Of a stretch of DNA of 32,000 bases, positions 25,358-32,000 are shown piece by piece (positions within the stretch are counted from its first letter, which is position 1; every line of letters begins with the position of its first letter). Both the position numbers and the translations under genes were made by a program. Where the stretch lies: positions 1,860,001 through 1,892,000 of the forward strand of contig CP091279.1 in assembly GCA_021650915.1 (NCBI GenBank), in the 5' to 3' direction. This DNA comes from Candidatus Brocadia sp. GTDB lineage: Bacteria; Planctomycetota; Brocadiia; Brocadiales; Brocadiaceae. Below the pieces are notes generated by a model, which did not search any database, was not told where the DNA came from, and saw nothing but the letters and a program-made list of their open reading frames with translations.

Positions 25358-27949
25358 TCATTTTCGCTTATAATAAAAATAATAATCAGGTACTATCTTT
25401 GCCTGATTCAGGATAGCTCCAATTATATTTGTTTTGGCTTCTTTCATGCATTCTGTAACCCTATTGATACGATCAATGGACACCTGGCCTGATTTTATCA
25501 CGAATATTACACCGTCAACCAAAGAAAGCAAAGGTGTTACATTATTCAACGTATCCAGTAATGGTGGGGCATCTACAAGTATGACATCATACCTCTGTTT
25601 CAAAATATCTAAAAACTTTGCAAAAAGTGCAAAATAAAGCGGCCCATCTGGTGTTGTACGTCCTATCCCGGCAGGCAAAAGGGATAAATTTGGTTCATTC
25701 ACTGGCTTTATATAGGAAAAGACTTCATTTTCTAATAAGCGGCTCCCAGACATACGACTCAAACGACTGATAATTGGCGTGTAATCCTCTTCAAAGTAAA
25801 TCCTTTTATCTTCATATCTTTCTATTCTGCCCGGTTCAAAAGTAAAAGTTCCCTGTTTCCAGCTAAATAATTTCTGAAGACGCTCCTCTATTTGCAGTTT
25901 TAAAGGACCTTGCAGTTGCTCTTGATTAATGTATCCGGCATTGATGAGGATGTAACCTAATGGTTGTCCCGTTCGCTGGTTTCGCTCTAAAGCATCTTTG
26001 AGCTGATCTTCTGTAATAAAACCGCCACGCAAAAGCATATTACCTAATCCATTTGAAACTGGATTATCCTGACTTTGAATGTGGAAGAAACGACCATTCA
26101 CGAAGGCGGCAGTCATGGTTTGCGTGTCATTTCTGATAGTAAGCTGTCCGCTTTGTTTTTTAAGGGCTATAAGGGAAAAAAGATCATCAACACTGTATTT
26201 GCTTAATGTCCCCTGTCGTATTTCATGAGACATAACGCCCTTCATTGCATTAACCAAGCCACTCTCCTTGCCATTTTTTACTGCAAACAAATGGTGTAAA
26301 GTTGGTCGATCGAGGTCAGCATCTACCATAAGTACGCGCAATCCGCCACATGCTAAACTAATGGCTGATTTTGCCAAGACGGTAGTTTTTCCCTCACCAG
26401 CAGCTGTACTTTCTACCAGAAGTACCTGTCCAGATGTTCCAAGTTGCATTAAAGGCAATTTTGAAATGAATCCACCAGAGATAGCATATTGATTATAACC
26501 TTCCCGACGTTTATTTTGATTGTTATGAGACTCGCCCGCTGATAAAGCAAGCGACTTGTTTCCCTTCAAAGATTTATCATACGGCAGTATACCAAGCACT
26601 GACAATCCTAACCGTCTCATGATATCTTCTGGAGTCCTTATCGTCTTGTCCATATATTCAAGGAAAAAACAAAGCCCTATACCAAACGTCGAACCCAGTA
26701 GAGCAGACAAAAAAATATTTAAAAATATTTTTGGTTTAGCTGGAGAAAGCGGCACCTCAGCCTCGTCCACAATACGGATATTATTCCTCTCCATGTTCCC
26801 AGTAAGATTAATCTCTTTTGCATGTTTAAGAAGAATATCATATATTTCCTGATCACCTTCCGCCTCTAATTTCAACATGTCATAATTGATAGCTTTTTCA
26901 CCATGGGAAACTATCGGTCTCTGCGTATCCCGAATTTGCTGTGTAGACTTTTCAAGAGCTACAATCCGATCCAGTTCTGCCTTAAGAGTCTTTCTTATTG
27001 CCTCTACCTCATTGATAATATCCTGCTCCAATTGTTTAATACTGGAATTAATTTCGATCATTTTCGGATGCTTGGGACCGTACTTGGTAGCAAATTCCGA
27101 TCTCCGTGTCTTGAGTTCACTCAATTTGCTATAGAGCCCTTGAATGACGGTACTTCCCGAGATTTCTGGCAAGGAAAACAGATTTTTGTCATCAATAGAA
27201 AATGCCCTGAGTATCTCGTATTTGTATTCATAAACCTCTCGTTGAGATGTTCCTACTTTTGTTTTCTGATCCCTAATTTGTGTTTTAAGCCATTCTATTG
27301 CTTGCTGAGAGAATAAATGCTGCATTTGCATATTTTTAGCAATAAACGCATGGGCATGTGCGTTAGCAACGCGCGCAGCGATTTCAGGCGATTGGCTTAT
27401 GAAGTTAATATTGACGAGATTAGTCCCTGAAATGGGGATAATCATAAGATTCGACAAATACCAGTCAACAATCCAGGCTGGGTACGGTGGAACAAATTTT
27501 TCTGAAGCCTCTTGAGGAATATTTGATATGCCAATCTCTGATGAAGCGGAAGGTTTGACAGATGTGTTAGAAGATACAGCCAAATTGTCTGAATTTTGAG
27601 TTTCAGAAATGCCTAGTTCTCTCCAGAGTTTTAACTCTTGAATGACGTCTTTTGCGAGATTTCTGCTCATTAGTAAATTATATTGTGTTTGATAATAATC
27701 CTGATCAATGGTATTTGTCGCCATTACATCTGCCATTTCATTTATAAAGGAAGATTGTCTTTCAATAATGATCTGTGTGGCGGCTTTATAGAGAGGGGTT
27801 GTAGAAAATGAGACGATAGTTACGGCACATACTACAATGAAAAGGAAGATAATGGCTACCCATTTACGCTTTCTTATGATGTCGATATAATCGGTTAGAT
27901 GCGCTTGCTGTGGAAATAATTTTTGGTTTGATGGAAGCTCAAGATTCAT
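25358..27949 (-). CDS. Fused polysaccharide co-polymerase (Wzz/GNVR) and bacterial tyrosine autokinase carrying an inserted DUF4388/T2SSE_N-like module
   Basis: 863 aa. TM1 is aa ~30-50, followed by a periplasmic coiled-coil region. 'NNIRIVDEAEVPLSPAKP' is followed by TM2 at aa ~408-430. Walker A is AAGEGKT (516-522), Walker A' VLMVDADLDRP (539-549), Walker B YDVILVDAPP (787-796). The C-terminal Tyr cluster is DYYFYYKRK. Confidence 0.85.
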   Translation of the reverse strand: MNLELPSNQKLFPQQAHLTDYIDIIRKRKWVAIIFLFIVVCAVTIVSFSTTPLYKAATQIIIERQSSFINEMADVMATNTIDQDYYQTQYNLLMSRNLAKDVIQELKLWRELGISETQNSDNLAVSSNTSVKPSASSEIGISNIPQEASEKFVPPYPAWIVDWYLSNLMIIPISGTNLVNINFISQSPEIAARVANAHAHAFIAKNMQMQHLFSQQAIEWLKTQIRDQKTKVGTSQREVYEYKYEILRAFSIDDKNLFSLPEISGSTVIQGLYSKLSELKTRRSEFATKYGPKHPKMIEINSSIKQLEQDIINEVEAIRKTLKAELDRIVALEKSTQQIRDTQRPIVSHGEKAINYDMLKLEAEGDQEIYDILLKHAKEINLTGNMERNNIRIVDEAEVPLSPAKPKIFLNIFLSALLGSTFGIGLCFFLEYMDKTIRTPEDIMRRLGLSVLGILPYDKSLKGNKSLALSAGESHNNQNKRREGYNQYAISGGFISKLPLMQLGTSGQVLLVESTAAGEGKTTVLAKSAISLACGGLRVLMVDADLDRPTLHHLFAVKNGKESGLVNAMKGVMSHEIRQGTLSKYSVDDLFSLIALKKQSGQLTIRNDTQTMTAAFVNGRFFHIQSQDNPVSNGLGNMLLRGGFITEDQLKDALERNQRTGQPLGYILINAGYINQEQLQGPLKLQIEERLQKLFSWKQGTFTFEPGRIERYEDKRIYFEEDYTPIISRLSRMSGSRLLENEVFSYIKPVNEPNLSLLPAGIGRTTPDGPLYFALFAKFLDILKQRYDVILVDAPPLLDTLNNVTPLLSLVDGVIFVIKSGQVSIDRINRVTECMKEAKTNIIGAILNQAKIVPDYYFYYKRK

Positions 27950-27982
27950 TTTGTTCCCGTTGTGTTTCTCTAAGTGTAGAAT

Positions 27983-28573
27983 TTAGAAATACCGTCCTGG
28001 CACCCGAATAATGTCGTCGGGCATTACAATATCGTCCATTTTCGCCTTGAACTCCTTTTCTACGCCATCTTTTTTGCGGACAATAATCGCGCGCTTAGGA
28101 GAGGCGCGCTCAGTCTGTCCACCTGCCATAGAAATCGCTTGCCTTACCGTCAATTCTCTTTCCCATTTATGCTCACCTGGGTTTATTACTTCCCCAGTCA
28201 CAAATATTCTTTGTTTCTTATATTCTTTTAAGCTAACCTTCACTTGAGGTGCAATCAAATAACCATCAGCCAATTTTTTCTCAATAATGTTTTCAAGCTC
28301 AAATATCGAAAGACCGCTTGCATGAACCTTTTCAATAAAAGGAAAACTGAAATCTCCTTGCTGTGAAACTTCAACAGTACAGTTTAAGTCATCATTATCC
28401 CACACTTTTATATCTAAAACATCCCCTACATTTATAATGTATTCATCCTCAAGGTTTGCTGCGCACAGCGTCAAAGACGATACAAGAAACATGCTTATGA
28501 GAAAAGGAGTTATAAACGCTACTCTCCTGCTTAATGCATTACCCATATAATATCTGATTTTTTTAAAAATCAC
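27983..28573 (-). CDS. Wza/EpsE-like outer-membrane polysaccharide export protein (Poly_export + SLBB)
   Basis: 196 aa. 'YIINVGDVLDIKVWDNDDLNCTVEVSQQGDFSFPFIEKVHASGLSIFELENIIEKKL' followed by 'RIFVTGEVINPG'. An N-terminal signal sequence is present. The track start is GTG 28573; ATG 28546 is an alternative. Confidence 0.85.
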   Translation of the reverse strand: MIFKKIRYYMGNALSRRVAFITPFLISMFLVSSLTLCAANLEDEYIINVGDVLDIKVWDNDDLNCTVEVSQQGDFSFPFIEKVHASGLSIFELENIIEKKLADGYLIAPQVKVSLKEYKKQRIFVTGEVINPGEHKWERELTVRQAISMAGGQTERASPKRAIIVRKKDGVEKEFKAKMDDIVMPDDIIRVPGRYF

Positions 28574-29134
28574 CTGACAATTAACGAACTATTAATTCCC
28601 TAATCGAAACGTAAACCAACAACACCAACGAAAAGCATTGTATTATTTAATAGTACTTAATTTTGATCAATTTTTCAAAAATAAATCACCTGAATCATAC
28701 ACATTCATCTTTTTGCATATAATGTCTTTTATTACCTTTTAGTTGCATCTAATACCTTTTTATTATCGGAATGGCGATAAAATAATTAAGCAAAAACCTA
28801 GCGATACTTCTGCTTTCGCATCTCTTACAAGCAAACAAACATGCCTTTATGAAGCTACACAGAAAATGAAACATCCATTCTATACTCCATAGGCTTACAA
28901 TTTGTGATTTATAGTAGTTCAACACGGACAAACAGAGTTTGTCCATACCACCTTATTATCAATTTAAAATTCACATTTTATGAGCATCTTGAGTATATTT
29001 ACCTTGCCTCATTAAAAAAACAAAAGAGATGCCCATCACCCAGAATATTAAATTTAAATCCTCTTTTGTGGTTTTAATTATATAAATACTTGAACCAAAA
29101 ATCTCCAGAAAGAAACACCTATAACGTAAAACCT

Positions 29135-30115
29135 TCATTGACCTCTCTGAAACAATACCGTTGATATCGTTTTTAAAACAATAAGGATATCAAAAAAGAT
29201 GGATTGATTTTGAATATAATATAGGTCGTACTCAAGCTTCTCAACCTGACCTTCTTCAGTACCGAAATAACCTCCTTGCACCTGTGCCCAACCGGTAAGT
29301 CCTGGTTTAATAAGAAAACGAAGTCGATAATGTGGAATATCCTTGGCTAATTTTTCAGCAAAATACTTGCGTATGGGACGTGTCCCAATAAAACTCATTT
29401 CTCCTTTTAGAACATTAAATAATTGAGGTAGCTCGTCAAATCTTATTTTACGCAATAATTTACCAATTTTTGTAATTCTCGGATCATTTTTGTCGGCCCA
29501 TGTTGGGCCAGTAACTTTTTCTGCATCGTTGATCATCGTACGGAATTTTAGCAAAGTAAATGGCCGCTCATGCAGCCCCAGACGTTCTTGTTTAAAAAAA
29601 ACCGGACCTTTTGATGACACCTTAATAACTAAGGCTATAAGCAGCACAAATGGCAATGACGCAATTATTCCAACTAACGATAAAAAGATATCCATACATC
29701 TTTTTGCAATTTTGTATAACGGGGGATTAAATTTTTCCCCCTGATTACGAAATAAAAACCACTCATCCTTAGCATAATGTATGGGCGCCTTCTCTGTAAG
29801 TGCTTCATAAAAATAAAGGGAATCATAAATGGTAACATTAGCAAATTTTATTTCCAATAACTGTTTTCTTAGTACAGGAAAATTCTCGAGCCTATGCGAA
29901 ACAACTACCGTACCAAACTTGTTTTCTCGGATTATGCTGAGAAGACTTTTCAACGACTCTGAACCATCAATACAAACTGTTCCAGATTTCTCTGAATAAT
30001 TTTTCATTACCGACAAGTCATAAGTTTTTAAATACTTACGGTCTCTAAGTAGAGACTCGATCTCATTTATTAGGGAATCATTACCCAGAAGAAGAACCTT
30101 TTGCTTCGTAAACAT
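29135..30115 (-). CDS. Initiating polyprenyl-phosphate glycosyl-1-phosphate transferase (bacterial sugar transferase family)
   Basis: 326 aa. 'KRCMDIFLSLVGIIASLPFVLLIALVIKVSSKGPVFFKQERLGLHERPFTLLKFRTM' and 'DELPQLFNVLKGEMSFIGTRP'. First gene of the co-directional array. Confidence 0.9.
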   Translation of the reverse strand: MFTKQKVLLLGNDSLINEIESLLRDRKYLKTYDLSVMKNYSEKSGTVCIDGSESLKSLLSIIRENKFGTVVVSHRLENFPVLRKQLLEIKFANVTIYDSLYFYEALTEKAPIHYAKDEWFLFRNQGEKFNPPLYKIAKRCMDIFLSLVGIIASLPFVLLIALVIKVSSKGPVFFKQERLGLHERPFTLLKFRTMINDAEKVTGPTWADKNDPRITKIGKLLRKIRFDELPQLFNVLKGEMSFIGTRPIRKYFAEKLAKDIPHYRLRFLIKPGLTGWAQVQGGYFGTEEGQVEKLEYDLYYIQNQSIFFDILIVLKTISTVLFQRGQ

Positions 30116-30543
30116 TTGGTTTGGGAAAAGCTTTTATATCAGGACAAAGATCGATAGGATTGCTCTACTAATTATGACTTCAGTGGTTAAAATGCACGAA
30201 AAACCTATCCTGCTAATAACGTTTTATTAATCCAACTGAAGTGAAGGCAGCTAAAACTTTTGGTAAGGTCATCTTTTACAACTCAACAAAAGTATGTAGT
30301 CATGGCCTCTTCCTCTACATCCATGTATTAAGAAGTTCCCCCCCTTCTAACCACTTTGCACCCAATGGTCACAGGTGATTTACTTTTGTATTAACAGGTT
30401 ATCCGAAAATCAAAACCCATAAAAGTGCGGCCATTGATTTACAAGAATTTATACCTTAGAGATATTTCTTTCAGCATAAAATGCTTTTCGTTATAATAAC
30501 ACTATTATTAAAAAATACAACTGAAAAAACCCGAGACTCTATT

Positions 30544-32000
30544 TAGTGTCTGAACGAAAACGCACTTTTTGTAAAAGTGCGAGGTCGATTTTCTATTTAC
30601 CAATAGATAATTTTAAGATTTGAGATTAGGGTTTTTGGCAAAAATACTGTTCTTTTACATATTTCCCTTGTTTTCCCCTTTATTTTAGCCTTGTCTGGGC
30701 GTACCTGCCTCCCGGCAGACTGTTTTTCTTCGTGTTTTTTGCTTGCTTAGGCGGCTTTTCGCAACTTTTCGCACTGCTTCCGTGCCTTCTCCTGCAGCAC
30801 GTTTCCCAGCTTGTGCAAATTCGCAGCTAACACGCCCATTGCACAATATCTTTTAAAGGCATGCAGCCCTTTGTCCGGACACCTATCCAAGCCGTGATGC
30901 TCCAAACGATTGATATCCGATTCTACCGCCGAGTGCTTGTGCCTTAGCTTCTTAAATGTCTTACCCGATTCCTCTTCCTGTTCCGCCTTATTCTTCTTGC
31001 CCTTCTTGGGAAGGATTACCTCTGGTATATACAAACTCAGCAACTCTTTATTCTCTTTCTTGTAAAAACCTTTATCAAAACTTATACTCTTTATTGTGCC
31101 TTCTCCGTAACGGCTCAACAACCTATCTGCCAATGGAATTACCAACGATACATCCGCCTGTTTTTCTCCTACCACATGGTCCACGATGAAACCCCACTGA
31201 TCGCTTGCTACCAGAATATTATGTCCCAACTCTACCCTTTTGTTTGACTTGCCTTTGTACAGCCACTCCGTATGCGGCTCAAACAACGAATGAACCTTTT
31301 CTGCCGCCGGTATTACCTCATCCCGGATCACCCTTCTCTCCACCAGGTCTATCTGTTTATTCAACATCCCGTGAAAATACTCCAGTGTCCCTATTTTCCC
31401 TGCATGCTTGTCTACCTGGTTCGTCGTTAGCACCTTTTCGTAGATGGCTAACAGACTCGCTCCTATCTTTTCACTCAAACCCCTCGATAATTCCAAGTAA
31501 CTCCTCACATGCTCTTCCTTGTTTTTCCCCCCCGCTGCTTGACGCCTTTGCGCTTATCCTCATCAGCTTTTTTAACTCTCTCCTCCAATATTTGCTCTTG
31601 CGCCATCCTTTCCCCGCCAGGATGCCTTCCTCTATTGCATCCTCTATCATGTCCAGACTCTTGCGTCCCGCATCCCACAATAAATTCATATCGGCGGAAA
31701 GTGTACATTCGTCTCTAACACATACGTATCCACCTTAATACACAGTCCTTCGTCCTTTTTTTTAACCAACTGATGCCCCGATGATATCACCACTTCATTT
31801 ATCTGCCTGAGGGTCTCCTCATCCAACAATCTTATATTGTCCTTGATGCTCTGCATCGAAAAAACCTTCGCCTCTCCAAATGCCGTCTCAACCCCCATTA
31901 TCTGCCTGATAAGTTTGTGATGGTTGGCAAAATCCTCCAACCTGTCATAATCGGCATCTAACCCTAATCTTACCACCGACAACACCAAAATATGCCATAA
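30544..32000 (-). mobile_element. ISNCY-type insertion sequence, copy 2 (runs off the right edge)
   Basis: The end 'tagtgtctgaacgaaaac' at 30544 matches the 2051 end of copy 1. Segment 30546-30704 is homologous to 2053-2210. The orientation is the same as copy 1. Confidence 0.75.
30747..32000 (-). pseudogene. ISNCY-type transposase broken by two frameshifts, 5' partial
   Basis: There are three consecutive frames. Frame 1, to 31686: 'LWHILVLSVVRLGLDADYDRLEDFANHHKLIRQIMGVE..DTYVLETNVHFP'. Frame 2, 31471-31689: 'NLLWDAGRKSLDMIEDAIEEGILAGKGWRKSKYWRRELKKL'. Frame 3, 30747-31508: 'EYFHGMLNKQIDLVERRVIRDEVIPAAEKVHSLFEPHTEWLYKGKSNKRVELGHNILVASDQWGFIVDH..SFDKGFYKKENKELL..LRHKHSAVESDINRLEHHGLDRCPDKG'. 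Confidence 0.8.

Noticed and set aside
28749-28946. 65-aa minus-strand ORF in the long AT-rich spacer
   Set aside because: Cys/Phe/Ile-rich, with no RBS and no motif. It is the kind of ORF expected by chance in AT-rich DNA. The spacer is reported as a regulatory candidate instead.
31205-31738. 177-aa plus-strand ORF, and 31509-31718 on the plus strand
   Set aside because: They are antisense to the ISNCY-type transposase remnant. They are Pro/Ser/Leu-rich shadow frames.
1-32000. Scan for CRISPR arrays, tRNA/rRNA genes, tandem repeats and known defence-system genes
   Set aside because: No regularly spaced direct repeats, no cloverleaf-like or rRNA-like segments and no nuclease/helicase/toxin-type ORFs were seen. 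All large ORFs are accounted for by polysaccharide-biosynthesis or IS functions.

Overview
AT-rich bacterial window. Every convincing gene lies on the minus strand. All calls were made by eye from the ORF translations and the raw sequence; no database search was run.

Core locus (about 3.6-30.1 kb): one co-directional Wzx/Wzy-type exopolysaccharide/capsule operon. In transcription order it encodes:
- an initiating polyprenyl-phosphate sugar transferase
- a Wza-like exporter
- a fused chain-length-determinant/tyrosine-autokinase
- a CapD/PseB-like dehydratase
- a full-length UDP-sulfoquinovose synthase (SqdB/SQD1) homologue
- a GalE-like epimerase
- a Wzx flippase
- a NodB-type deacetylase
- two tandem sulfotransferase paralogues
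- a pair of atypical alpha/beta hydrolases, plus a truncated third copy
- a GT2 glycosyltransferase
- a third sulfotransferase of a different class
- an AsnB-type amidotransferase
- a Wzy/O-antigen-ligase-like membrane protein
- a secreted beta-helix protein
- a GT4 glycosyltransferase

Mobile elements: the locus is bracketed and interrupted by at least seven IS elements or scars. These are two IS630, two ISNCY-type, one IS1380-like, one zinc-finger DDE element of ISLre2/ISKra4-like architecture, and one IS1595 scar. Almost all are visibly inactivated.

Most interesting observations:
1. The tyrosine kinase P-loop domain is split by a ~165-aa DUF4388/PATAN-like insert. The insert carries a tandem 24+5+24-residue MshEN/T2SSE_N-like (c-di-GMP-receptor-like) repeat.
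2. SqdB together with three sulfotransferases predicts a sulfonated and sulfated polysaccharide.
3. The adjacent hydrolases have Cys and Arg at the nucleophile-elbow position.
4. Same-orientation ISNCY-type copies flank the whole 27-kb locus.
5. A 153-bp nested palindromic element sits inside the operon.

No rRNA, tRNA or CRISPR array was recognised.
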